A stretch of 53,009 nucleotides of DNA, from NCBI GenBank assembly GCA_945787125.1, contig CALZHW010000006.1, forward strand, positions 1 through 53,009. The letters are read 5' to 3'. The position numbers and the translations under genes are program-made. This stretch comes from an uncultured Ectothiorhodospiraceae bacterium (GTDB lineage Bacteria > Pseudomonadota > Gammaproteobacteria > S012-40). Below the pieces are notes generated by a model that saw nothing but the letters and a program-made list of their open reading frames with translations, was not told the DNA's origin and searched no databases. This document shows, in pieces, positions 19,081 to 28,423 of the stretch (its first letter is position 1; every line of letters begins with the position of its first letter).

Positions 19081-19185
19081 TTAAGGATTTCGGGCATATT
19101 TGCAACGAATGACAAAGTTACAGTAGCCGAAAGCACCGACGCACATTATACTTTGCGCACTATTAATTCTCAGCAGATTTTTTCT

Positions 19186-21072
19186 ATGACCGAATGGAGC
19201 ATTCAAAAAGCTCGTGCTTTATACAACATCAAGCACTGGGGTGATGATTATTTTGACATAAACCAACAAGGCCAGGTTACGGTCACCCCGCGCAAATCCG
19301 CCGGGCAGCCTATTGACTTGTTTGCTATCAGTCAAGAAATCAGGAAAATGGGCTTAAATTTGCCCGTATTGCTGAGAATTACCGATATATTAAGTGATCG
19401 GGTGGAAAAACTGTGCCATGCATTTGATACGGCGATCGAAACGCATGCTTATCAAGCCGATTATATTCCGGTTTATCCGATCAAAGTGAATCAACAGCGC
19501 ACCGTTGTTGAGCACATCCTGGCAGGCGAAACATCGCGCGTAGGTCTGGAGGCAGGCAGCAAACCGGAACTGATGGTGGTTTTATCACATGCAAATGCCG
19601 ATGGTGGAATTATCGTCTGCAATGGTTATAAGGATCGGGAATATATCCGCCTCGCTTTGATGGGACAATTGCTGGGGCATAAGGTATTTATCGTCGTTGA
19701 AAAACTCTCTGAATTGCAACTAATCTTACGGGAAGCCAAAGATCTTGGAGTCAGTCCTCTGATAGGAATAAGAATCCGACTCTCATCGATTGGCAAAGGT
19801 AAATGGCAAAACACCGGTGGCGAGAAGTCTAAATTTGGCTTGTCGGCGCAGCAAATCCTTGAGGTGATTAAGCATCTCAGTCAGCATAACGCACTGCATT
19901 GCCTCAAACTGCTACATTGCCATTTAGGTTCACAGCTGGCAAATATTCGGGATATACAAAACGGCTTTAAAGAATTTGCCCGCTATTTTTCCGAGCTAAG
20001 CAAGCTTGGCGTTGATGTTAGCCATGTCGATGTGGGCGGCGGGCTTGGGGTCGATTACGAAGGCTCACGCTCGCGCAACTATTGCTCGATGAACTACACC
20101 ATTCATGAATACGCCAATGACGTAGTAAAAGCGTTTGCACAAATTTGTGCCGAAGAAAAGATCAAACACCCAGATATTATTACTGAATCAGGCCGCGCCA
20201 TGACGGCCCACCATGCGGTCCTTATCACTAATATTATTGATGTCGAAGTACCGCAGGGTCAATCAGAGATTATTGCTGCAAGTAACGATAGCCCAATGGT
20301 TATTCAAAATTTATGGGACACATTGCAGAATATTTCTGAGCGTGCTGTACTTGAGGTCTACCATGATGCAGTACACTTGCTGGCGGAAGCACAAAGTATG
20401 TATACCCATGGCATTTTATCATTACAAGAACGCGCCCAGGCAGAGCAGCTTTATTTTGCCATTTGCCATCAATTGGTTGCACTACTATCCAATGCATCCA
20501 AATCCCAGCGTGAAATTATTGATGAATTGAACGACAAATTGGCTTATAAGTATTTCGCCAATCTTTCAATTTTCCAATCATTACCCGATGTCTGGGCTAT
20601 CGATCAAGTTTTCCCGGTCATGCCATTGCATCGACTAAATCAAGCGCCCGTTTGCCGTGTCACTATCCAGGATTTAACCTGTGATTCCGATGGCGCGATT
20701 GACCATTACGTGAATGGTGATAGCCTGGAGAGCACCATCCCCATGCACCCATTAACAGCAGGTGAGGATTATCTGATCGGCATTTTCCTGGTTGGCGCCT
20801 ATCAGGAAATACTCGGCGACATGCATAATTTACTTGGCGATACCCACTCGATAAACCTCGAAATAGATCATGACGGCAAGCATCATCTATACGAACCAGA
20901 ATTAGGGGATACGATAAAAGAAATTTTATCGTATGTGCATTTCAATGCGGAAGACTTGTTACGCAACTACCAACATAAAATTGATAATTGCGATCTGAGC
21001 CCAGAAAAAAGTGCACTCTTGTTTAGTGAGCTACAAGCCGGCCTGGAAGGTTACAGTTATTTAGAAGATTGA
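19186..21072 (+). CDS. speA: Biosynthetic arginine decarboxylase
   Basis: VYPIKVNQ, GLEAGSKPEL, GGEKSKFG, DVGGGLG, ESGRA, TCDSDG, GAYQEILGDMHNL. Confidence 0.96.
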   Translation: MTEWSIQKARALYNIKHWGDDYFDINQQGQVTVTPRKSAGQPIDLFAISQEIRKMGLNLPVLLRITDILSDRVEKLCHAFDTAIETHAYQADYIPVYPIKVNQQRTVVEHILAGETSRVGLEAGSKPELMVVLSHANADGGIIVCNGYKDREYIRLALMGQLLGHKVFIVVEKLSELQLILREAKDLGVSPLIGIRIRLSSIGKGKWQNTGGEKSKFGLSAQQILEVIKHLSQHNALHCLKLLHCHLGSQLANIRDIQNGFKEFARYFSELSKLGVDVSHVDVGGGLGVDYEGSRSRNYCSMNYTIHEYANDVVKAFAQICAEEKIKHPDIITESGRAMTAHHAVLITNIIDVEVPQGQSEIIAASNDSPMVIQNLWDTLQNISERAVLEVYHDAVHLLAEAQSMYTHGILSLQERAQAEQLYFAICHQLVALLSNASKSQREIIDELNDKLAYKYFANLSIFQSLPDVWAIDQVFPVMPLHRLNQAPVCRVTIQDLTCDSDGAIDHYVNGDSLESTIPMHPLTAGEDYLIGIFLVGAYQEILGDMHNLLGDTHSINLEIDHDGKHHLYEPELGDTIKEILSYVHFNAEDLLRNYQHKIDNCDLSPEKSALLFSELQAGLEGYSYLED

Positions 21073-21530
21073 CGACGATTGATGCTTAATACATCGACCA
21101 GCCGGTCTTCTTGCTCAATTCTATCAGCCAGGGTTTCACCCAGCGTCGACAAATCCTTTTCAAGGGCCGTTAAATCTTTACAATGCTCATCAGAATCGTA
21201 TTTATCATTGAAATCCAAAATCGTTTGAGTTGAACTTTCGATATAAGGATAAACTACCTCTGCAATATCCGCCACGGATGCTCGGCGCTCTTTGTTATTA
21301 TCGACGAAGCGATATAACCTAAAGTGTGCGTCAGCCGTATAGTCTATAAGAGACTGGCAAAATCGTTGAAGTAAATTAACGATGTACTCATTCTGATCAC
21401 CCCCGACATAAGGTCTATGCGCAGCTAGCTCGCCATAAAGCGCTAACATTTGCGTACGGTGATCAACGAGTTTCTGAATTGCACGGTGGGATTGAGAACG
21501 GCGCTCAACAGTAGCTTCAGTTGTTGTCAC
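21057..21530 (-). CDS. rsd: Rsd/AlgQ family anti-sigma-70 factor
   Basis: FCQSLIDY..AHFRLY, ILDFNDKY, DLSTLGETLADRIEQEDRL. Confidence 0.82.
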   Translation of the reverse strand: MTTTEATVERRSQSHRAIQKLVDHRTQMLALYGELAAHRPYVGGDQNEYIVNLLQRFCQSLIDYTADAHFRLYRFVDNNKERRASVADIAEVVYPYIESSTQTILDFNDKYDSDEHCKDLTALEKDLSTLGETLADRIEQEDRLVDVLSINRRQSSK

Positions 21531-21660
21531 AATTGGGTCTCCCAGAATAGTGGTTTATTGTTAACTAATCTTAACAAAAATAAGGCAAATATTGTACCGG
21601 AATAAAGCGGTTTTCACTATTTGCAGTGTACACCAAACCAAACCGAATGTGCATATTTCA

Positions 21661-22794
21661 TTAAACCTTAAATGGTGAAGTAGTTTGCAGTTCCACAATA
21701 TAATCACGCATATGATCTTCCTCTTTTTGCACAAATTCACCAATTATCTGGTTAAATCTTGCATCTTTCACCCAATGGGAAGACCAGGTGGGTGTAGGCA
21801 AAAAACCACGGCTGATTTTATGCTCGCCCTGAGCGCCGGGCTCAAACTGAGTTAAACCGTTTTCAATGGCATAATCTAAGCCCTGATAATAACAGGTCTC
21901 AAAGTGCAAATTATGATATTCATCAAAACAACCCCAATGGCGCCCGTAGAGATGCGTGCTATCGCGATAGAATATCGCACAGGCGACATATTTTCCCTGA
22001 TAAGACACCAGATTAACGAGAAATTGTTTCGCTAAAATTTCACCCATCGCTTTAAAAAAGCCCAGTGTAAAGGTCGGTAAACCACCTTTCTTGTGAAAGG
22101 TGATTTCATAAAAGGCGAAAATAACCGGCCACATGTCTGGCTCAATCTGATCGCCACTCAGCATGCTAAAGTGAAACCCCTGCGCTAGCGCCGATGCCCG
22201 CTCTTTTTTGATGTTCTTACGTTTGCGCGAGGCAAAGAAGGAAAGATAATGCTCAAAGGACTCATAAGCCTCATTTGTCCAGTGAAACTGGCAGCCTAAA
22301 CGTCGCATAAATCCACCGGCAGAAAAAGCCTGCATGTCTTGCTCTGCGGGAAACAAACAATGAAAGGTAGAGACTTCATGCGTCGCAATAAAGTCTTTTA
22401 TCGTCGCCAGTACCAGCGCAACAATGTCCTGCCTGTCGCACCTTTTATTGACGAAAATTCGGCTGCCGCTAACCGGGGTATAAGGTATTGCTGAAACCAG
22501 TTTCGGATAATAAGGCATACCAGCACGCTGATAAGCATCCGCCCAGGACCAGTCAAACACGAGTTCCCCATAGGAATCGCTTTTCAGATAAAGTGGCATA
22601 AAAGCCACTAACTGGTTTTTACTTTCAACTACCAGATGATGCGGAAGCCAGCCTAACTTTTCGCCGACACAGCCATGTACTTCTAATGCATTAAAAAACT
22701 CATAACTTAAAAAGGGAGAATCACCCACATCCAACTCGCTCCATTGAGCGACGTTGATCTCAGCCAGAGACCGAATAAACCGAGCTTGCATCAT
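21661..22794 (-). CDS. GNAT / FemAB-like protein (DUF482 family)
   Basis: SYGELVFDWSWA, YYPKL..AIPYTP, LYGRHWG, LHFETCYYQG, FEPGAQGEHK..RGF. Confidence 0.9.
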   Translation of the reverse strand: MMQARFIRSLAEINVAQWSELDVGDSPFLSYEFFNALEVHGCVGEKLGWLPHHLVVESKNQLVAFMPLYLKSDSYGELVFDWSWADAYQRAGMPYYPKLVSAIPYTPVSGSRIFVNKRCDRQDIVALVLATIKDFIATHEVSTFHCLFPAEQDMQAFSAGGFMRRLGCQFHWTNEAYESFEHYLSFFASRKRKNIKKERASALAQGFHFSMLSGDQIEPDMWPVIFAFYEITFHKKGGLPTFTLGFFKAMGEILAKQFLVNLVSYQGKYVACAIFYRDSTHLYGRHWGCFDEYHNLHFETCYYQGLDYAIENGLTQFEPGAQGEHKISRGFLPTPTWSSHWVKDARFNQIIGEFVQKEEDHMRDYIVELQTTSPFKV

Positions 22795-23051
22795 TAATAA
22801 TACATCATAATAATATGTAACTGTTCAGTGTGTTTAGATTTTGTTTCAGATCGAGGCGTTTTCGCGCACATAAAGAGGGCGCATAGTGAAATATGTAACC
22901 GATTGAGTACGAATACAACACTGATATGAGACAAAAGATGAATACGCTGAGTAGTTACCAAAATATTTAAATAAAATCCTAAACACTTACAGCCACCCTG
23001 TCGATATGACAATATCAACGAGTAAATTGGATAACAGGATTAACTGAAACC

Positions 23052-23810
23052 ATGTCGACTGAAGATTTATTAAGCCAGCTAAAAGACGCCTATATTACTA
23101 CCTTTCCTAACCAAACGAGTAAAATGGAAGCTCTCATACTCGAGATGGAAAAAGGCAATGACTACCAAAGTACTTTTGAAGCATTATACCGACAGGTACA
23201 CAATATAAAAGGCAGTGCCGGTGCCTTTGGGTTCACTATTATCAGTAGTATCTGCCACCAAATGGAAGACTACCTAACCAATAATATTCATCATACCGAC
23301 ACATCAAATTCTGCGCATATTAATCATTTACTCGCTTATGTCGATTTATTGACCGATACGTCGGAAGGCATTCTACAAGAATCTATCGACATCACAACGA
23401 TAGAAGCAAAACTGGAAGTCATCAGTCAAAAATCACTAGCAAACAGCAAAAAATGTCTCTGCGTCGGAGTTTCAGATTCACTTTATCACAAAATTGTTCA
23501 ACAGGTTTCCCAGTCCCTCGGCTTACAATGCTCGTTCGTCACCAGCGGCATGACCGCTATGGAAAGGTTATTACATGAGCATTTTGATGTTTTGGTCTGC
23601 TCTCGTGAAAATACGGATCTCAATGGCTTTACTCTTATCGCTGCACTGCGCCTCAACAAACGAAAGAACAGCCAAATACCTTCGATTCTGATTACCAGCA
23701 ATCCTGATCTTGCCATTCCGGAAGATCTGCAGCCAGACTTCATCGTCAAAAAAGACAAAGATTTCGCCACTGAGCTATCTCAAAGCATTGAAGGGATTGT
23801 GAATCGGTGA
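23052..23810 (+). CDS. Hpt domain fused to a degenerate receiver domain
   Basis: Hpt motif VHNIKGSAGAFG. Receiver-like SGMTAMERL..EHFDVLVCS....LNG..IPSILITS lacks the phosphoacceptor Asp. Confidence 0.8.
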   Translation: MSTEDLLSQLKDAYITTFPNQTSKMEALILEMEKGNDYQSTFEALYRQVHNIKGSAGAFGFTIISSICHQMEDYLTNNIHHTDTSNSAHINHLLAYVDLLTDTSEGILQESIDITTIEAKLEVISQKSLANSKKCLCVGVSDSLYHKIVQQVSQSLGLQCSFVTSGMTAMERLLHEHFDVLVCSRENTDLNGFTLIAALRLNKRKNSQIPSILITSNPDLAIPEDLQPDFIVKKDKDFATELSQSIEGIVNR

Positions 23811-23844
23811 TCCTAGAATAGGCAACGAATTGGTGAAAGATATT

Positions 23845-24078
23845 ATGTCACGCATGTCTCAACGAATGGCATTTTATCTCGACTTAAGTTACGAGAAATT
23901 CTTTTTTGTTTATACTGGTAAAGCAAAATATGTCGTCGCTCAAACAGATGGTGGCCGCACAGTTCGCTTTCCCGCTAACATTCTCAAGCCATATTTGACT
24001 CGACGTGGCATTCAGGGGCGTTTCATGATTTATTTCGATGAAAATAACAAGTTTAAATCACTGGAAAAAATGAGCTAA
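23845..24078 (+). CDS. DUF2835 family protein
   Basis: Y.G.AKYVVA...GRTVRFPA..LKPYLT..GIQGRF...FDENNKF.SL. Confidence 0.8.
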   Translation: MSRMSQRMAFYLDLSYEKFFFVYTGKAKYVVAQTDGGRTVRFPANILKPYLTRRGIQGRFMIYFDENNKFKSLEKMS

Positions 24079-24107
24079 CGTAATTTTTTTTGCCGCTCTT
24101 TACCTCT

Positions 24108-24674
24108 TTACCTACGTGACATGCGTGGCAGATAAATAACGTCTTCACGATACTCGCCAGGCAATAAGCCCTGCAAACTCCAGCTCCCTATAGAATATCG
24201 TATCAACCGTAAAGTGGGGAAACCAACGGCAGCCGTCATTCGCCTGACTTGTCGATTTTTACCTTCAGTAATGGCTAACTTGAGCCAGCTAGTGGGAATA
24301 CTGTCCCGCTGCCGAATCGGCGGGTTTCGGTTCCAAAGCCAGCCAGGTGTTACCACACACGTTGCTTTGGCGGGCTTGGTTACACCATCTTTAAGTTGCA
24401 CACCACGCTGCAATTGACTGACGGCGCTTTGATCGATAGCCCCTTCGACTTGCGCATAATAGGTTTTTATTTGTTTTTTGTCTGGATGACTAATCAGATG
24501 CTGCAACTGACCATCATCCGTTAAAATCACCAGCCCCTCACTGTCATAATCAAGCCGACCCGCAGGATAGAAACCATCGCGTGTGAAAAAATCAGCAAGT
24601 GTTTGACGTTTATCCTTATCGGTAAATTGACACATCACCTGGAAAGGCTTGTTAAGTAAAATAATTTTTGACAT
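24108..24674 (-). CDS. rluE: 23S rRNA pseudouridine synthase RluE family
   Basis: LNKPFQV.CQF, AGRLDYDSEGL, RNPPIR, EGKNRQVRRMTAAVGFPTLRL. Confidence 0.9.
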   Translation of the reverse strand: MSKIILLNKPFQVMCQFTDKDKRQTLADFFTRDGFYPAGRLDYDSEGLVILTDDGQLQHLISHPDKKQIKTYYAQVEGAIDQSAVSQLQRGVQLKDGVTKPAKATCVVTPGWLWNRNPPIRQRDSIPTSWLKLAITEGKNRQVRRMTAAVGFPTLRLIRYSIGSWSLQGLLPGEYREDVIYLPRMSRR

Positions 24675-24676
24675 TG

Positions 24677-24766
24677 AACCTAAATTATCAGTTGGGCGCT
24701 TAGTGAGGTCTTACCGCTACAGCTGCTGGAAAGAGGCAGTTTTTAACTTTGAACTCCGATTGTGCG
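24677..24766. mobile_element. Chimeric MITE remnant (ACCTA-family end plus CTCACAATC-family end)
   Basis: AACCTAAATTATCAGTTGGGCGC resembles the ends of the 6242 element. 24705-24766 aligns with 18093-18154 and ends TTTGAACTCCGATTGTGCG. Confidence 0.65.
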
Positions 24767-24832
24767 TTAAAAGAACCCAAATGCATGCCGCTACTTATAA
24801 CAAACTTAGCAACATCTCTGGAAAAAACCGTC

Positions 24833-26152
24833 ATGAAAACCATGCCACTCTTACTGACTATAACATCAATCGTAATTGTTACTTGGCCAATAACCACCTT
24901 TGCAGAACTAACTTCGACAACTGACTTATCAAACCCCGTGTACTCATCATTAAACCATGGGCCGCTTGCCACAGCAGAAAAAGCGTTTCAATCTGCACAA
25001 TACCTAACTGCCAGACCTGCCCTGAATACCACCTTGCTAAAAGATCCATTTTCTTATGAGTTTGCCACCACCGTCGATGCCTTATCGGTGGTTTCTGGAT
25101 CTGCGACTTCCGCGACTTCCAATAGCAATCCTGAGCCAGTCACAACGCCTTTAACGCAAAATTCCTCAGGTGTCGTTGGCATGGTTGATTTTATCGCAGA
25201 ATTTAACACAGATGCCGCAAATCTTTGGCAAAATGGGTTGTTTTTTCTATACACCACACTGACCTTCGGTGCAGCGCCCAGCACAAGTGGTTTACATAAA
25301 ACCAGCAATATTGATGCTGGCGGCAATACCTTGCGAGTCATTGAAGCCTGGTATGAGCATCATTTTAGCGTCAGCCAATTCTCGGCATTAATTGGCTGGC
25401 ACGATTTCAACAGCGAGTTTTATGTCACTGAGTATGCCAATTTATTTACCCATGCAGGATTCCAAATGGGGCAGACCCTTGCAAGTTATCGTCGTCCCTC
25501 AAACTACCCAGTCACTACACCAGGACTGCGGATTAAAAATGCGCTGAGTAACTCCTCTTATTTGCAGTTCGCACTTTATGATGGTACGACCAGCACCAGC
25601 GCCATTAATAAAGTTATTGAATTCAATGTCAGTCCAAGCGATGGTGTTTTTCTCGCAGCTGAATCCACTTACTTCAAGGGTAATCCCAGAAAAGCAGGTT
25701 ATACAAAACTTGCTGCAGGAGCCTGGTACTTACTCGCCAATAGCCGTAATCCCACGCTGCCTAATGCTGGGGCTTATGTCCTGGCTGAAGCATCGGCCGG
25801 GATGAATCTGGGCCTATTTTTCAAATTCAGTCAGACACGCTTAGACGACAATCAATATGATCAATTTTATACAGCTGGGCTAAATTATCGCGGCATTTTC
25901 TTGCAACGAAAAAATGACCTATTAGGGATTGGAATAATGCATACTCGCCAATCTAATGCTTACCTGACAACACAGACGGGCTCGAGAAAGCCCTTTTTTG
26001 CAGCAGAATCCGCTTTAGAAATAACCTATGTCGCCCAGGTCATGGACTGGCTAAAACTGCAGCCAACTTTTCAATACATCCACAACTCTCGCATAAATCC
26101 AGCATCAGTCAATACCGCAGTTATTGGTCTGCGGACGCAAGCCATTTTTTAG
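24833..26152 (+). CDS. OprB-like carbohydrate-selective porin
   Basis: Signal peptide; SNIDA, EAWYEH, DFNSEFY...YANLF, E.TY..QV..WLKLQP.FQYI, C-terminal Phe. Confidence 0.82.
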   Translation: MKTMPLLLTITSIVIVTWPITTFAELTSTTDLSNPVYSSLNHGPLATAEKAFQSAQYLTARPALNTTLLKDPFSYEFATTVDALSVVSGSATSATSNSNPEPVTTPLTQNSSGVVGMVDFIAEFNTDAANLWQNGLFFLYTTLTFGAAPSTSGLHKTSNIDAGGNTLRVIEAWYEHHFSVSQFSALIGWHDFNSEFYVTEYANLFTHAGFQMGQTLASYRRPSNYPVTTPGLRIKNALSNSSYLQFALYDGTTSTSAINKVIEFNVSPSDGVFLAAESTYFKGNPRKAGYTKLAAGAWYLLANSRNPTLPNAGAYVLAEASAGMNLGLFFKFSQTRLDDNQYDQFYTAGLNYRGIFLQRKNDLLGIGIMHTRQSNAYLTTQTGSRKPFFAAESALEITYVAQVMDWLKLQPTFQYIHNSRINPASVNTAVIGLRTQAIF

Positions 26153-26236
26153 TATTTCGAGAAGATTTGCCGGAGATTTGGCTAAAATAAGTCAAAATCC
26201 TTATAATTGACCTAAACCACTTTAAAGGAGTTGTAC

Positions 26237-26698
26237 ATGGAACGGTTCACCATGTCGTTAGAAGATGATCTCGCCAATGAATTTGATGAATATATAGGTA
26301 AAAAAGCGTATTCAAATCGCTCTGAAGCAATGCGCGACTTAATTCGCAATGCCCTGGAAAAAGAAAGAGTGGAAAAATCAGCATCCGGTCATTGCATCGC
26401 CGCATTGAGCTATGTTTATAACCACCATGAAAGCGAACTGGCATCCAAGGTAACCTCAACACACCATAATCATCATGATTTGACACTATCCACGATGCAC
26501 GTCCATCTTGATCACGATAACTGCCTGGAAACCGCGATTCTTCAAGGTCATATTGGGGAAGTTCAGGAATTTGCCAATTCCATTAAAGCTGTGCGCGGGG
26601 TGCGACATGGCAATTTATACATCGTCGCGGTCGATGAAACCACCGTTTCGCACTCGCCAGAGGGTAAAAAACATTCACACGCTAAGCCACGAACCTAA
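26237..26698 (+). CDS. nikR: Nickel-responsive regulator NikR
   Basis: RFTMSL (RHH), YSNRSEAMRDLIR, YNHH, HVHLDHDNCLE; AAGGAG RBS. Confidence 0.94.
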   Translation: MERFTMSLEDDLANEFDEYIGKKAYSNRSEAMRDLIRNALEKERVEKSASGHCIAALSYVYNHHESELASKVTSTHHNHHDLTLSTMHVHLDHDNCLETAILQGHIGEVQEFANSIKAVRGVRHGNLYIVAVDETTVSHSPEGKKHSHAKPRT

Positions 26699-26706
26699 AA
26701 ACGCTG

Positions 26707-26939
26707 GGAGCCTGTCCGACGAGTCCATGAATGGATGAAGGTACGAGCCCATGGATGGGCGAAGGTAGAACAATGCACTAGGGCAGGAGCCCGTAGATAG
26801 AATAACGCAGGAGCAGTTATCGAGAAGCAATTGTTGACGAGCCCATAAATGGATGAAGACTTGACGGCAGCATCCCTGCTGCCGACATTCTCTATAAGGC
26901 CTTGCCACTACGAGTGCTGATTTGGGCACCGATTGTGAA
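26707..26939 (+). mobile_element. Pile-up of nested mini-elements and MITE fragments
   Basis: GGAGCCTGTCCGA TIR, partial unit (26720-26743), 48-nt unit split by a 46-nt unit (26778-26823), partial unit (26838-26858), then a CTCACAATC-family fragment. Confidence 0.82.
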
Positions 26940-26967
26940 TTGTTATCCAGCTTTAATCAAAACCTCA

Positions 26968-27333
26968 TTATTGATCGAGTTTTTGTTCCCAAAAATTTGC
27001 CTTTGATTCATTTTTTTGCAAACCATACCAACCCTCGCGGTAGCCAACAACCAGATACTCCTGAGCTTGAGGGTGACCACTTATCGCCGCTTTGTGATAC
27101 CACTTAACCGCTTCTTTTTCATTGAATTGACCTGCAGAATCGCTGTGATACGCCATTGCTAAATTGAATTGTGCCTCGGCATTGCCTTGTTCAGCGAGAT
27201 TTTGCCAAATTGCTGCGGCTTTTTTGAAGTCTGCACTATTTGCAGCTTCATAACCTTCCTCAAAGTCAGCGGCCAACGCTGCCGATGAAAATACTGCAAA
27301 GCCCACCGCAATCATTAATTTTTTTACATGCAT
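26968..27333 (-). CDS. Secreted Sel1-like repeat protein
   Basis: Signal peptide; LAEQGNAEAQFNLA, EAVKWYHKAA.SGH..AQ. Confidence 0.85.
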   Translation of the reverse strand: MHVKKLMIAVGFAVFSSAALAADFEEGYEAANSADFKKAAAIWQNLAEQGNAEAQFNLAMAYHSDSAGQFNEKEAVKWYHKAAISGHPQAQEYLVVGYREGWYGLQKNESKANFWEQKLDQ

Positions 27334-27468
27334 ACGATTCTCCATCAAAATAAACACACAAACTTACTGTGTATTAAGATCGGATAGCGAGAAAATATAA
27401 TGAGTGAATATTCACTCGTTTTGTGTAAACTATTTCGCAAATATCACACACGTTGAATCACACTTACG

Positions 27469-28026
27469 ATGCACATAAACCCAGAAACTGGCCTAATCGA
27501 CGAAGCAGAGTACATTGCTTCACCCAATTGCGATGTACGGCCAACTAATGTAGCAATTAACTTATTGATCATACACAATATTAGCCTACCGCCCGGCAAG
27601 TTCGGCGGACCCTATATCAGCCAGTTGTTCACCAATCAACTCAATCCCGACGAGCACCCTTTCTTTCTTGAAATCAAAGACCTACGTGTTTCATCGCATT
27701 TGCTCATCCAACGCAATGGCGACATCATTCAATACGTTCCACTGGATAAACGCGCTTGGCATGCGGGTATATCCGAGTTTGATGGCAAGCCGCAATGCAA
27801 TGATTATTCAATCGGTATTGAGCTTGAAGGCACGGATGACCTGCCCTATGAAGCAATTCAATACCAGCAACTGGCAGCAGTAACACAATCTATTATGCAA
27901 CGGCACCCTGCCATCTCCCTTGATAAAATTTGTGGTCATTGCCACATCGCCCCAGGACGAAAAACAGACCCCGGTGCCGCCTTTGACTGGGAGCACTATA
28001 AAGCACTGCTTTGTGAGTCTCGCTGA
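27469..28026 (+). CDS. ampD: 1,6-anhydro-N-acetylmuramyl-L-alanine amidase
   Basis: IHNISLPPG, VSSHLLI, RAWHAG, CNDYSIGIELEG, GH.HIAPGRKTDPG. Confidence 0.95.
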   Translation: MHINPETGLIDEAEYIASPNCDVRPTNVAINLLIIHNISLPPGKFGGPYISQLFTNQLNPDEHPFFLEIKDLRVSSHLLIQRNGDIIQYVPLDKRAWHAGISEFDGKPQCNDYSIGIELEGTDDLPYEAIQYQQLAAVTQSIMQRHPAISLDKICGHCHIAPGRKTDPGAAFDWEHYKALLCESR

Positions 28027-28110
28027 AATCGTCAAAATTATGTCGGAAATTCAGCCGAAACACCGGCGATTGATGCAATTAATGCTGCTACAATCTGTGT
28101 GAGTCATTCA

Positions 28111-28339
28111 ACCTAAACTCACCAGTTGAGCGCTTCGAATCACGACTGAGTCTTTGGTATTATTGAATTATCGTGCTTTTCCCGCCTTCAACCAATAAGT
28201 GAATGTGCTACGAGGCGAATTATGCGTTTTTAATCGCCGACTGACGTCGTTGCAATCGCTCGCTATTACGCCTCATAGCGCCTAATTAATCACGATAAAA
28301 GATGCACTCTATACGCCGTCCAATTGATGATTTTTAGGT
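28111..28339. mobile_element. Degenerate ACCTA-family fold-back MITE
   Basis: ACCTAAACTCACCAGTTG / CAATTGATGATTTTTAGGT ends; internal inverted segments TTATCGTG/CACGATAA and GCTACGAGGCG/CGCCTCATAGC. Confidence 0.6.
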
Positions 28340-28423
28340 GCAACGTAGAAATTGGTCTATAATTACGGTGATTCACCTAATCTAATTTTTACAACATAAA
28401 ATCAGGATATCGCTCATTACAAA

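Noticed and set aside
26720-26860. Possible CRISPR-like or tandem array
   Set aside because: The repeats are nested and divergent, with no unique regular spacers and no cas genes.
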